Notes: generated from the sequence alone by a model not told the origin. Shown: positions 48,329 to 58,540, counted from the first letter of the stretch. The stretch is 64,000 nt of DNA from Chloroflexota bacterium (GCA_003228685.1 QIFC01000123.1:206-64205); one strand, 5' to 3'. Translations and numbers: made by a program.

Positions 48329-49345
48329 TTGGTCAAGGAGCTGCCGTCTGAGACCCAGGTGGGCGCCATCGGTTGGGCGCAGGACCAACTCTATCAACTC
48401 AAGGCGCAGGTGGCGCAACTCGAGCAGCAGCTCGAACAAGTCCAGGTGATCAATACCAAGCTCGGCGAGAGTACGCACAAGGTCGAAGGATCGCTCCAAG
48501 AGGCAATCCTCGCCGCCTCCCAAACGCCTCGGGTGCAGGAAGAGCTGAACCAGGCCATCGCGCTGATCGTGCAGTTGCAGGACCGCCAGGCCGAGACCAA
48601 GGAGCGCATCGAAGAGCTCGATCGGTCACGCGGGCTCGATGAGGACCGTGACCTGGAGGAGTGGTCCGAGGTGGTCAAACGGACTGAGCAGCTCGAGCGT
48701 CAGGTCGAGCTCTTGAAGGACCGCCAGTCGGGCGTTGACGAGAGCCGCCGGCACCAGAGCGAGGAGGTCGCCCTTCTGCGGCAGCAGATCCAGCAAATGG
48801 AGGTTCGCCTAGATACAGCGGAAGGCAAGTCCACCAGAAGTCTCGAGAACGCCAGCGGAGCCGACCAGAAGCTCTCGCAAGTCGAATCGACGGTCGAGGA
48901 GTTGCGCCAGCAGAACGAAGCGATCGGTGAGCGGGCGCGCGTGACCGCGGAGTCGGTCAACAAGGTCGAGCACATGCTGGAACTAAACCTGGAGGAGCTG
49001 TCGCGGATGGAGATGCTCGCTGAGCGGATAGAACTACACCGCGCCGAGCGCCAGCGCTTAGAGGACCGCGCGCTCCGCTTGGAGGAACAGCTGCAGGAAC
49101 TGGGCGGCCGGGCGGAACTGGCAGAGCACCAGCAAGGCAAGCTGGGTAGCCAGCAGCAAGGGCTGGCTTCACGTCTCGATACCCTGCAGGAGCAGGTCGA
49201 AGAGCAGCGCAGCATCCTGATCGAGCAAATACGTAAGCTCACGGCGACCCAGGACCGGACGAAGCGACGCCAGATCCAGGAGCTGGAACGCGAACTGCGG
49301 GAGATGAAGCAGTACATCGCGGACCTGGCGCGTGAGGAGGGCTGA
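48329..49345 (+). CDS. Long coiled-coil protein of unknown function
   Basis: E/Q/L/R-rich heptads along the whole length; only two Pro, both N-terminal. Confidence 0.75.
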   Translation: MVKELPSETQVGAIGWAQDQLYQLKAQVAQLEQQLEQVQVINTKLGESTHKVEGSLQEAILAASQTPRVQEELNQAIALIVQLQDRQAETKERIEELDRSRGLDEDRDLEEWSEVVKRTEQLERQVELLKDRQSGVDESRRHQSEEVALLRQQIQQMEVRLDTAEGKSTRSLENASGADQKLSQVESTVEELRQQNEAIGERARVTAESVNKVEHMLELNLEELSRMEMLAERIELHRAERQRLEDRALRLEEQLQELGGRAELAEHQQGKLGSQQQGLASRLDTLQEQVEEQRSILIEQIRKLTATQDRTKRRQIQELERELREMKQYIADLAREEG

Positions 49346-49348
49346 CGC

Positions 49349-50422
49349 GTGTCGGCAATCGTAGGGCAGCGAGACGCTGGCGTGCTCTTTCGGTTCAAGG
49401 ATCGCCTCCCAGTTACCGACGCCACGCCGATGATCACGCTCGGCGAAGGCTCGACGCCGCTCGTGCGATCGGTGCGCCTCGAAGAGGCCGTCGGCTGCGA
49501 AGCGCTCTACTTTAAGTTGGAGAGCTGCAACCCGAGCGGCTCGTTCAAAGACCGCGGCATGGTCGTCGCCGTCGCGAAGGCGCTCGAGCGTGGCGACACG
49601 GCCGTGCTCTGCGCCTCCACCGGCAACACCAGCGCGTCCGCGGCAGCCTATGCTGCCCGCTGTCACCTGCGCGTCTACGTCATCGTGCCGCACGGCAACA
49701 TCGCGGAGGGCAAACTGGCGCAGGCGGTCGCGCACGGCGCCCGCATCATCGCGATCGACGGCGGGTTCGACGACGCGCTGCGGCTGGCCCGCGAGATCAC
49801 GCAGCGCCACCCGATCGCGCTGGTGAACTCCGTCAACCCGCATCGCATCGAGGGCCAGAAGACGGCGTCCTTTGAGATCGTCGATGATCTAGGGGATGCG
49901 CCGGACATCCTCTGCTTGCCGGTTGGCAACGCCGGTAACATCACGGCGTATTGGAAGGGTTTCGTAGAGTCCTATCAGCGCGAAGAGGCTACCAAGAAGC
50001 CATTGATGTGGGGCTTCCAGGCCGCGGGCGCGGCGCCGATCGTGGCCGGAGAACCAGTCGCTGAGCCGAGGACGCTCGCGACGGCGATTCGCATTGGCAA
50101 TCCCGCCAGCTGGGAAGGCGCGACGAACGCCCGCGACGAGTCCGGCGGCGATATTCGCGCCGTCACCGACGATGAGATCGTCGACGCCTATCGGAGGCTC
50201 GCTCAGGAGGAAGGCATCTTCTGCGAGCCGGCGTCCGCGGCCTGTGTCGCCGGCCTGCTCGGCCGGGCCAAGGATGGCGAGGACTTGGCTGGCAAGACGA
50301 TCGTGTGCGTCATCACGGGCAATGGATTGAAGGACCCCGAACGCGCGATGGCGGAGTTCGCGCCGGAGCTACATGCCATCGCCCCTGAGGTCTCACGCGT
50401 GGAAGCGGAGATGGGACTCTAG
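49349..50422 (+). CDS. thrC: Threonine synthase
   Basis: LGEGSTPL, NPSGSFKDRGM, CASTGNTS, RIEGQKT, PVGNAGN, TGNGLKDP. Confidence 0.96.
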   Translation: MSAIVGQRDAGVLFRFKDRLPVTDATPMITLGEGSTPLVRSVRLEEAVGCEALYFKLESCNPSGSFKDRGMVVAVAKALERGDTAVLCASTGNTSASAAAYAARCHLRVYVIVPHGNIAEGKLAQAVAHGARIIAIDGGFDDALRLAREITQRHPIALVNSVNPHRIEGQKTASFEIVDDLGDAPDILCLPVGNAGNITAYWKGFVESYQREEATKKPLMWGFQAAGAAPIVAGEPVAEPRTLATAIRIGNPASWEGATNARDESGGDIRAVTDDEIVDAYRRLAQEEGIFCEPASAACVAGLLGRAKDGEDLAGKTIVCVITGNGLKDPERAMAEFAPELHAIAPEVSRVEAEMGL

Positions 50423-50439
50423 CAGTAAGGAGCAACATC

Positions 50440-50799
50440 ATGTCTGATTGGCCACGACCCGTTGTCATTTTCCAGATCCAGGCGAAGGATGTCGAAAAGC
50501 AGAAGGCGTTCTACAGCGAGATGTTCGATTGGGATATCGAACAGTCCGAAGGCTCGCCGTTTCTGTCGATTCCGGCAGGCAAAGGGCCGCCCGAGAATGG
50601 CATCGGTGGCATCCTGAGTGGAGCTGAGAACTCTGCCATCGTGATCTACATCCAGGTCGCGAACCTTGGCGAGTCGCTAGAGAAGACGGTAGCGCTTGGC
50701 GGCAAAGTCACACTTCCATCAACTGACGTGCCCAACGGCCCCACAATCGCGGCCATCGAAGACCCTGAGGGCAACCCAGTCGGCCTCGTCCAGATGTAG
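50440..50799 (+). CDS. VOC/glyoxalase-family protein
   Basis: PVVIFQI, FYSEMFDW, GIGGI, IYIQV, DPEGNPVGL. Confidence 0.88.
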   Translation: MSDWPRPVVIFQIQAKDVEKQKAFYSEMFDWDIEQSEGSPFLSIPAGKGPPENGIGGILSGAENSAIVIYIQVANLGESLEKTVALGGKVTLPSTDVPNGPTIAAIEDPEGNPVGLVQM

Positions 50800-50808
50800 G
50801 CCACGCCG

Positions 50809-51492
50809 CTAGGCCTCGCCCGACCACACCTCGATCAGCACACCTTCCGCGGGCGCGCCGGCAGCGCCTTTTTCGCACTGCAACGCGTTGACCTTCCAGT
50901 CGTCCGGGGCGCCGGCCGTGCCGCCAAGCAGCGGGTAGAGACAGTCGATCGTTGACTTCACGGTACCCGTGGCGATGTCTCCGAGGTTCATCTTCGTCCC
51001 GGCGAAAGACAGTTTGATGCTGACGCTCTCATTCGTGGCCGAGGGTACGCCGGGGAGTTCCGTGAGCCACGCGGGTAGTTCGGGTGCGGTGCCGCTCTTT
51101 GGGAGCGGAGCCACGTACACGTCTCTGAATGCGAGCCGATAGCCGTCTGGCTGGAACTCGGGCGCGTCTCCCTGCTCCAGACGCGCGGCGCACCCGGCTG
51201 GCGCCTTGAGAAGGCGCCTCGCGCGGAACCACATGAGGTTGGGCCGTCTCCCCCCGAGCCATCCGAGCTGGTTGATCATGGCTGAGAAAACAGGCTCGCA
51301 CATGTTGTCAATGTCGAAGGGCTGGTTGCCGCGCTGCCGTGACTGGACTTGGAAGTCGAGCAACATGCCGCCGCTCTGGCAACAGGCTTCACCGTCAGGG
51401 ACGGCTTGCCTGATCGCTTCCTTCCAGGGCCGTTCCCGTTTCGTGGCGAAGGTCGCCGGCTCGCCGGCTATCCAGAACTCGTGCGCGTGCAT
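50809..51492 (-). CDS. Hypothetical protein with two RusA-like domains
   Basis: IAGEPA...WK, FDIDN in first half; VKSTIDCL, DDWKV, GVLIEV in second half; AGGAG RBS. Confidence 0.55.
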   Translation of the reverse strand: MHAHEFWIAGEPATFATKRERPWKEAIRQAVPDGEACCQSGGMLLDFQVQSRQRGNQPFDIDNMCEPVFSAMINQLGWLGGRRPNLMWFRARRLLKAPAGCAARLEQGDAPEFQPDGYRLAFRDVYVAPLPKSGTAPELPAWLTELPGVPSATNESVSIKLSFAGTKMNLGDIATGTVKSTIDCLYPLLGGTAGAPDDWKVNALQCEKGAAGAPAEGVLIEVWSGEA

Positions 51493-51503
51493 CAGAGCGC
51501 TCC

Positions 51504-53030
51504 TTACTCCATACCCAACCGGGCGATCTGGTCGTCCGGCGCTTCGACTTCCAGCAGCGCCTGGCGCAACTTGTCGGCCAGGTCGTTCTCGGTCGATGAG
51601 CCGTCGAGGTTCTCGTCCTCGCCGGGGTCTTCCTGCAGGTCGTAAAGATGGTTGCCTGAGAACGGGCCGATCGCCCAGTAGGGCAACAGATCGCCCTCCC
51701 GGAACGGCTGCCGGATCACGGGCACCTCAGAGCCCGGCATCTTGTCTAGGAACGCGCGGTCGTCTGGCACGGGCAGGCGTAGCCCCGGCAGCGACGGGAT
51801 AGGCATCGTCGACCAACGGTTCGACCACATCGAGATCGGCAGGTTCGCGTCCTCCGGCGCTCGCGCGTACTTAAAGCGATCGTCTATCAAGTGCACTTCG
51901 CGGCCCCAGACGCCGCACAGGACGGAGTCCCTGATCGACGTAGCCTCGCCGCGGATCAGCGGCAGCAGCGAGCTGCCATGCGTCCTGTGCTTCACCTCCA
52001 CGCCGAACAGGTCTGCCAGCGTCGCGAAGATGTCTGTGCTTGTCGTCAGCGCCGAGACCGTGCCCGGCTCGACTCCTGGCCAAGAGATCATCATCGGGAT
52101 GTGCCCAAGCGGCTCATATGCCGGCACGCCGGGCTTGCCCCAGATGTCCTTTTCGCCCAGGTAGTGGCCGTGGTCGGTGCAGACGATCACGGCCGTGTCA
52201 TCCCAGAGGCCGTTCCGCTCGATCGCGTCCATCACCTTGCCGAACCAGGTATCGATCATCGTCAGCTTGCCGCCGTAGCAGGCTCGAAGCTGATGCGTCT
52301 GGCGTTCAGTCAGCACGCCGCGTTCCAAAGCGCCCTTGATATAGGGAGGCCAGATCAGATGCGGGCCTTCCCAGGTGTCGTCGTACATCGAGGCGTACGG
52401 CTCCGGCGTGTCGAACGGTTCATGCGGGTCGAACTCGTCGACGAACAGGAAGAAGCGGTCGTGATAACCCGCGTTCTCGTCCAGCCACTCTGCCGTTGCG
52501 GCCATCGTTTTAGCGCCGGGGAAGTCCTGCTCCTCACGAAAGTAGCCCCGCGAGTTGTCGTACGGCATGAACCGCTCCGGGAACTTGGGAGCGCCGATCC
52601 AGGTATCGTCGGGGCGCGTCTTCCAGGGGTCGCTCTCGTGGCCGCGTTCGTACCGCCAAGCGTTGAAGTCGGTGTGGTAGTTCTCGCCGCCTGTCTCGAA
52701 CAGGTGGGGATGATCGGTCACCAGCTGCGTCGTGATGCCCGCTCTGCACAGATGCGCCGTGATCGACTCTTCCCACAGTTCTATCGATCCCCATGGCTTC
52801 CAGAGAAAGTCGAGTGCGCCGCAGAGAATGTCGTGGCGGGCGGGGATGCAAGGCAGCGAGCCCGTGTAGTGCTTCTCGAAGGTCAATGCGCGCTTTGCGA
52901 AGGCGTCCAGGTTTGGCGTGTCGAACTCCGTGCCGCCGTAGCCGCCCAGCATGTGGCGGTTGAGCGAGTCGAGCAGGATGACGATCGCGTTCTTAGGGAG
53001 TGGTGGCCCTTCTGCCGCCGGCTCGCTCAT
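51504..53030 (-). CDS. Sulfatase (Cys-type, formylglycine-dependent)
   Basis: ILLDSLN, TPNLD, CIPAR (CxPxR), FDPHEP, TDHG, LYDLQEDPGE. Confidence 0.92.
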   Translation of the reverse strand: MSEPAAEGPPLPKNAIVILLDSLNRHMLGGYGGTEFDTPNLDAFAKRALTFEKHYTGSLPCIPARHDILCGALDFLWKPWGSIELWEESITAHLCRAGITTQLVTDHPHLFETGGENYHTDFNAWRYERGHESDPWKTRPDDTWIGAPKFPERFMPYDNSRGYFREEQDFPGAKTMAATAEWLDENAGYHDRFFLFVDEFDPHEPFDTPEPYASMYDDTWEGPHLIWPPYIKGALERGVLTERQTHQLRACYGGKLTMIDTWFGKVMDAIERNGLWDDTAVIVCTDHGHYLGEKDIWGKPGVPAYEPLGHIPMMISWPGVEPGTVSALTTSTDIFATLADLFGVEVKHRTHGSSLLPLIRGEATSIRDSVLCGVWGREVHLIDDRFKYARAPEDANLPISMWSNRWSTMPIPSLPGLRLPVPDDRAFLDKMPGSEVPVIRQPFREGDLLPYWAIGPFSGNHLYDLQEDPGEDENLDGSSTENDLADKLRQALLEVEAPDDQIARLGME

Positions 53031-53965
53031 TGCCCCGATGCGGCCCCGCTGCCCGCGGTTGCGGACCCACTGCCGCCGGCAGACTCACTGCCGCTGGCGG
53101 CGGACGTGATAGCCGCTGCCTGGCCGACGATATGCTTCGCGCGCTCCGCGATTGGCCGGTCCACCATGTGCCCATCGAGCTGGACGGCGCCCAGTCCCTT
53201 GGCCTGCGCGTCTTCCCAGGCCCCCAGCACCCTGCGTGCGTAGATGATCTCATCTTCGCTTGGGCTGAAGACGTCGTGGACCGGCTGGATGTGCTTCGGA
53301 TGGATCACGTACTTGCCGCTGAAGCCTAGCGACCGCGCCTGCTCTGCCTCAGCGATCAGCCCCTCAATGTCGTCGATGTGCGCCCAAGGCGTGTCGAACG
53401 CCTGCAGGCCCGCCGCCCGCGCGCAAACGGCGATCTCGCTGCGCGCGTGGGTCAGCTCGTGAGATCCCTTCGTGCGCCGGATGCCCATGTCGAACGCGAA
53501 GTCTTCGCCGCCCAGCATCAGACCCGTGATCCGCGTGGATGCTCGGCTGATCTCCTCGCAGCGCAGCAGCCCCCCCGCTGATTCGATCGCGACGATCAGA
53601 TCGACTGTGCCCGGCTTGACGTCGTGGGCTAGCTCCTGCTCGCGCAGCAGCACGTCGACCTGCCGCACAGAGGCTGCGGACTCTGTCTTGGCGAGCACTG
53701 CTCCGCTGAGCCCCGCCTGCACTGCTCCAGCCAGGTCGTCTCGCGTGTCTCCGCTCTGGATGCTGTTGACGCGGACGTGTACCGTCTTGCCGGCCTCGGC
53801 GAGCTTGGGCACAGCCGCGCTGACCAGGCCGCGCGCGCGCTCCTTCTCCTCCGGGAGTACGGACTCTTCCAGGTCCAGGCAGAGGACATCGGCGGCGAGA
53901 TTGCCGGCCTTGTCCAGCAACTCCTCGCGGCCTCCCGGGACGAACAGATGAGATCGGTACAGCAT
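53027..53965 (-). CDS. HpcH/HpaI aldolase / citrate lyase beta (CitE-like CoA ester lyase)
   Basis: RSHLFVPG, LDLEESV, VRVN, IESA.G, GGED, GFSGKYVIHP, GHMVD. Confidence 0.9.
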   Translation of the reverse strand: MLYRSHLFVPGGREELLDKAGNLAADVLCLDLEESVLPEEKERARGLVSAAVPKLAEAGKTVHVRVNSIQSGDTRDDLAGAVQAGLSGAVLAKTESAASVRQVDVLLREQELAHDVKPGTVDLIVAIESAGGLLRCEEISRASTRITGLMLGGEDFAFDMGIRRTKGSHELTHARSEIAVCARAAGLQAFDTPWAHIDDIEGLIAEAEQARSLGFSGKYVIHPKHIQPVHDVFSPSEDEIIYARRVLGAWEDAQAKGLGAVQLDGHMVDRPIAERAKHIVGQAAAITSAASGSESAGGSGSATAGSGAASGQ

Positions 53966-53976
53966 GATGTTCCTCG

Positions 53977-54312
53977 TTAAGGCGCGCGAAACTCGCTCGC
54001 TGTGAGCACGCGCGCGTGCGTCGACTCGGTCAGCGTTTGGCGCTTGATCGCGGCGTCGCGGCCCTTCTGCCAGATGTCCTCGTCCACGCCTTCAGGCGCC
54101 GGTTGCGTGAAGCGCGTGCGCTGCCACATGCCCAGGTCGTCGTAGCGGGTGACCAGTACAACTTCGTTGCCGTCGCCGATGATCGTGGTCCAGAGCCCGA
54201 TGATCTTGGCCCCGGCGGCCTCCATTGCCGGCCAGACGCCGTCGTTCGAGAGCTGTTGGAACTCGCGCCAGGTGCCGGGCTTGGTCTTCCACGTGCGCAG
54301 GACGTAAATCAT
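53977..54312 (-). CDS. NIPSNAP-family protein
   Basis: MIYVLRTW...PG, GAKIIGLWTTIIG..NEVV...RYDD. Confidence 0.8.
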   Translation of the reverse strand: MIYVLRTWKTKPGTWREFQQLSNDGVWPAMEAAGAKIIGLWTTIIGDGNEVVLVTRYDDLGMWQRTRFTQPAPEGVDEDIWQKGRDAAIKRQTLTESTHARVLTASEFRAP

Positions 54313-54315
54313 CGC

Positions 54316-55590
54316 TTACGCCGCCAGCGCCTTCGCCAACTCGCCCTCGTCCGCGCCTGGGCCGACGAGAGACATCGAGAGGTTGTCGTCGCGGAAAAGC
54401 CGCTGTGCTACGCGCTGCACGTCCTCCGCGGTGACCGCCTGCAGCCGGTCGACGATATCGTCGATCGGCTCGATCTCGCCGAGCATGAGGAGCAGCTCGC
54501 CCGTGCGCTGGGCGAGCGCCATGGGCGACTCCAGGCTGAGCCGGAAGCTGCCGGTTGTGTAGTCGCGAGCCTTGGTCAGTTCTGCCCCGCCGACCAACTC
54601 GTCGACGAGCTTCATGAGTTCCGCTTTGATCACTTGCGTGGTTTCCGACACGTGCTCCGCGGTGACGCCAGCGCTGATCGTCATCACGCCGGTGTCGTTG
54701 TAGCGCGTCACGCCCGAACCGACAGAGTAGGCGAGGCCTCGGCTCTCGCGTACCTCCTTGAACAGCCGCGAACTCATGCCCCGGCCGAGCACCGCGTTCA
54801 GGATCGTGAGGGCATAACGGTCGGGATCGGTGCGGGAGACGGCGCGCAGGCTCATCCCCAAGTTGCTCTGCGTGATGTCGCGCGCCTCCACGATGATGTG
54901 GTGCTCTGGACGTCCTTTCTTCGCCAGCTCAATGGGAGGCGGTTCGCCTCCCGTCTGTTCGCCGAACAGCTTTAGCGCCTCCTCAACGACCGCCTTGTGG
55001 GTTGTGTTCCCCGCCACGCTGAGTACTATGTTTTTCGGCACGTACCAGGTGGCGATGTGGTCCATGAAGTCGTCGCGGTTCATGTCCTCAACCGTCTCAA
55101 CGGTGCCTGCCACCGGCCAGCCGAGTTGCTGGTCGCCGAATGAGGCCTGAGAGAGCAGGCGGCTGGCCCAAGCGCCGGGCTGGTCATAGGCGCGCCGGAT
55201 CTCCTGCTGGACGACCGTTCGCTCGCGGTCGACCTCCTCCTGGGCGATCACGGAGTGCTGCAGCATGTCGGCGAGCACGTCCATCGCGAGTGAGAGCTTG
55301 TCGAACGGCACCTGGTTCCAGTAGCAGGTCACTTCCTGGCTCGTATAGGCGTTGAGTACGCCGCCGGCGCCTTCGATCGCCTCCGCGATATCGATTGCGG
55401 TCTTCCGCCTTTCGGTGCCCTTGAACAGCATGTGTTCGATGTAGTGCGAGAGGCCGTTCGTGCGCGGCTCCTCTGCGCGCGAGCCAACGCCGACAAACAC
55501 GTTGACGCTCACGGACTGGGCCGTTGGCACAGGCGTAGTGACGACGCGCAGGCCGTTCTCCAGCGTCTCGATCTCCCAGTTCGCGGTCAT
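54316..55590 (-). CDS. M16-family (pitrilysin-like) metallopeptidase
   Basis: LENGLRV, GSR.E, HYIEHMLFKGT, NAYTS, GMSSRLF.EVRE.RGLAYSV; AGGAGG RBS. Confidence 0.93.
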   Translation of the reverse strand: MTANWEIETLENGLRVVTTPVPTAQSVSVNVFVGVGSRAEEPRTNGLSHYIEHMLFKGTERRKTAIDIAEAIEGAGGVLNAYTSQEVTCYWNQVPFDKLSLAMDVLADMLQHSVIAQEEVDRERTVVQQEIRRAYDQPGAWASRLLSQASFGDQQLGWPVAGTVETVEDMNRDDFMDHIATWYVPKNIVLSVAGNTTHKAVVEEALKLFGEQTGGEPPPIELAKKGRPEHHIIVEARDITQSNLGMSLRAVSRTDPDRYALTILNAVLGRGMSSRLFKEVRESRGLAYSVGSGVTRYNDTGVMTISAGVTAEHVSETTQVIKAELMKLVDELVGGAELTKARDYTTGSFRLSLESPMALAQRTGELLLMLGEIEPIDDIVDRLQAVTAEDVQRVAQRLFRDDNLSMSLVGPGADEGELAKALAA

Positions 55591-55746
55591 GCGCCCTCCT
55601 GATTGATGTCGTTCGTAGGTCCGACGGGCCCGACCGTCGGGCTCGACGGCCATTATAGGCGATGGGGCTCCTCTCTCACACCCCTTGGAGCTGCGCTGGT
55701 GGTATGATCGGGTAAACCAGGCCGGAGTGATTTCAGGGAGGGAATC

Positions 55747-56433
55747 ATGCGATTGGTAATTCTGTTGGTGGCCGTTCTGATGGCAGGCGTGGTCTTTGCC
55801 GCCTGCGGTAGCGACGATGACAATGGCGACAACGTCGTGCCAGCGACAGCCGAGGCGCCGGTAGACGATGGCGATGCGCCCGACGACGGCGACGCGCCGG
55901 ACGACGACGGCGATGCGCCTGACGACGGCGACGCAGACGGATTCTCGCTGCCGGAGTCGGGACTCGCGGCGCCCCTAACGGACACCTACGACACGGCTAC
56001 TCCGGGCGTGGCTCCGTCCGATGCCGACCTGCCGGTTCCGTCCGGCTCCGTGACCGCGCGCTGGTATCAGTCCGGCGGTCTATACGTCGTCTACTATGAC
56101 GGGCTCGATCTCGCGCTCACCGGGCCGATCTGTCCGGGCAACTCGATCCAGACCGCGACAGGCTTTGAATTCATTACGAACGCTCCGACCGGAGCAGGTG
56201 CCTGCTTGGGTGCGAGCCCGGTCCTGCAGCCGCCCGCCGGTGTTCAGCTCTGTGGCGATGACGTGCTCTACGTGACGTCGATCCGCGTTGCTACTGAAGG
56301 GACGCTCTTCGGTACGATCGAGGTGTACCGCGAAGACGCCACGATCATCGGTCTCACGAGCCAGGTTGCCGCGGACAGCGCCGCCGCGCCCGAGATCGAC
56401 CTTAGTTCGTGCCAGATACCAGAGGGAATCTAA
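55747..56433 (+). CDS. Hypothetical lipoprotein with DDGDAP repeats
   Basis: FAAC lipobox, acidic repeat linker, ICPGNSI domain. Confidence 0.7.
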   Translation: MRLVILLVAVLMAGVVFAACGSDDDNGDNVVPATAEAPVDDGDAPDDGDAPDDDGDAPDDGDADGFSLPESGLAAPLTDTYDTATPGVAPSDADLPVPSGSVTARWYQSGGLYVVYYDGLDLALTGPICPGNSIQTATGFEFITNAPTGAGACLGASPVLQPPAGVQLCGDDVLYVTSIRVATEGTLFGTIEVYREDATIIGLTSQVAADSAAAPEIDLSSCQIPEGI

Positions 56434-56521
56434 TGCGATTCCACAGTGGATTGTGTATAATCTCTCGGCACTTGAATTTAAGTGGCGTTTCGCGTCTGTA
56501 ACGGCAACTAAGGAGTAGCCC

Positions 56522-58540
56522 ATGCTGAACGAGGCCATCAATGGCAAGATCCTCAACGTCGATCTCACGGCGGGCACCGCCGAACCTGAGGAGGTTCCGG
56601 AGGAGACGTATCGCAAGTATCTGGGCGGCTACGGGCTCGGCTCGCGGCTGCTCTTCGACCGCATCCCGGCCGGCGCCGACCCGCTAGGCCCGGACAACGT
56701 CCTCGGTCTTTTCCCCGGTCTGCTCACGGGCACGCCGCTGTTCGGCATTCGTTTTCAGGCCGTTGCCAAGTCGCCCAAGTCCGGCGGCTGGGGCGATGCC
56801 AACTGCGGCGGCGACTTCGGGCCGTTCCTGAAGCACGCTGGTTGGGACGGCATTCTCATGACGGGCATGTCAGACAAGCCCGTCTACATTCTCATAGAAG
56901 ATGACAAGGTCCAGATCAAGGACGCGAGCGACCTATGGGGCACGCTCGCCATCGATGTCGAGGACGCGCTCAAGGAGCGCCACGGCAAGAAGGCCAGCGT
57001 TGCCTGCATCGGTCCTGGCGGAGAGACGATGTCGCTGATGGCCGGCATCTGCAACGAGCGTGGCCGCCTGGCGGCCCGCAGCGGCCTGGGCGCCGTGATG
57101 GGCTCCAAGAAGGTCAAGGCGGTTGTGGTCTTGGCCTCCAAGAAAACGCTGGCCGGCGAGAAAGAGATTTACAAGCAGGTGCGTTCCGGCCTCGACGAGT
57201 TCGTCGCGCCCCTCGCTGACTTCTTCCGCAATTTCGGTACAACAGGCATCACGGCTGGCTCAGCCATGTCCGGTGACTCGCCGGTGAAAAACTGGGGTGG
57301 TATTGGCTCAGCCGAATTCCCGGACGCCGCCAAGCTGGCTGGCCCCGCATTTAACCTGAAGATGGAGAAGAAGTACGCTTGCTGGCATTGCCCGCTTGCC
57401 TGTGGCGCGGAGAGTTACGGCTGGGACGAGCACGAAGAGAAGGCCCAGGAGCGCATCGCCAAGCGCGCGGAGGAGCGAACGAAGCTGGAGGCGTCGCTGG
57501 TAGACGCGAGTGAGGAGCCTGCCGCGGCGCTCAACATAGAGATCGCGAAGCTGGACGCCGAGGACGAGGCGGATAAACAGATCAAGAACAACCCCAAGTA
57601 CCCCTACCCGGCACACACGCACCGTGCCGAGTACGAGGCAGCTTGCGGCTTCGGCACCATGATGCTCAGCGCCGATATCGACGCGCTGCAGTACGCCAAC
57701 CACCTCTGCAACCAGTATGGCATCGACGTGATCTCCGCAGGCGCCACGGTCGCCTTCGCGATGGAGTGCTACGAAAACGGCATTATCACCAAAGAAGACA
57801 CCGATGGCATCGACCTGCGCTGGGGCAACACCGAGGCCATCATCGACTTTCTGAAGATGATGGGCGAACGCCGTGGCATCGGCGACACGTTCGCGGATGG
57901 CGTGCGAACAGCCTCCGAGAAGTTGGGCGTGGACAAGACCGGCGAGTTCGCGATGGAAGTCGGCGGCGAAGAGTTGCCGATGCACGACCCCAAGCTCCAG
58001 CCTGAGTACTTCACGACGTACAAACTCGACCCGACGCCCGCGCGGCACACGCAGTACGAAGGCGCCGCTCGCGCCGAGTGGGGTGTTCCTGCCGGGGTAC
58101 CGGACAAGGCCCAGCACAGCGGTCGTGGTGCACATCACAAGGGCGCAAGCGAGTACATGCACGTCGTCAACTCGCTGGGCATGTGCCAGTTCGTCATGAT
58201 GGCCGGCCCGAACGGCAAGATGCCGGAGTGGATTAACAGCACGACCGGCTGGGACACAACGCCGGATGAGATCCTCAAGGCCGGCGAACGCATCGCGAAC
58301 CTGCGCATGGCATTCAGCGTTCGCGAAGGAGACATCGTCACTAAGCGGAACATGCCTGCTCGCATGATCGGCACGCCTCCTCAGAAGGGTGGCCCGCTGG
58401 ATGGTGTCAAGCTGGACACCGAGGCGCTGGAGAAGGACTTCCTGACTGCCTGTGACTGGGACCTAGACACCGCAACGCCGAGCAAGGCCAAGCTCATTGA
58501 GTTGGGGCTGGAGGACGTTGCCGAGGTACTCCACGCGTAG
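56522..58540 (+). CDS. Aldehyde ferredoxin oxidoreductase (W/Mo-bis-pterin AOR family)
   Basis: YLGGYGLG, DPLGPDN, KSP, GLGAVMGSKK.KA, CWHCPLAC, EYE, YGIDVIS, HDP, DSLG.C-like NSLGMC. Confidence 0.93.
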   Translation: MLNEAINGKILNVDLTAGTAEPEEVPEETYRKYLGGYGLGSRLLFDRIPAGADPLGPDNVLGLFPGLLTGTPLFGIRFQAVAKSPKSGGWGDANCGGDFGPFLKHAGWDGILMTGMSDKPVYILIEDDKVQIKDASDLWGTLAIDVEDALKERHGKKASVACIGPGGETMSLMAGICNERGRLAARSGLGAVMGSKKVKAVVVLASKKTLAGEKEIYKQVRSGLDEFVAPLADFFRNFGTTGITAGSAMSGDSPVKNWGGIGSAEFPDAAKLAGPAFNLKMEKKYACWHCPLACGAESYGWDEHEEKAQERIAKRAEERTKLEASLVDASEEPAAALNIEIAKLDAEDEADKQIKNNPKYPYPAHTHRAEYEAACGFGTMMLSADIDALQYANHLCNQYGIDVISAGATVAFAMECYENGIITKEDTDGIDLRWGNTEAIIDFLKMMGERRGIGDTFADGVRTASEKLGVDKTGEFAMEVGGEELPMHDPKLQPEYFTTYKLDPTPARHTQYEGAARAEWGVPAGVPDKAQHSGRGAHHKGASEYMHVVNSLGMCQFVMMAGPNGKMPEWINSTTGWDTTPDEILKAGERIANLRMAFSVREGDIVTKRNMPARMIGTPPQKGGPLDGVKLDTEALEKDFLTACDWDLDTATPSKAKLIELGLEDVAEVLHA

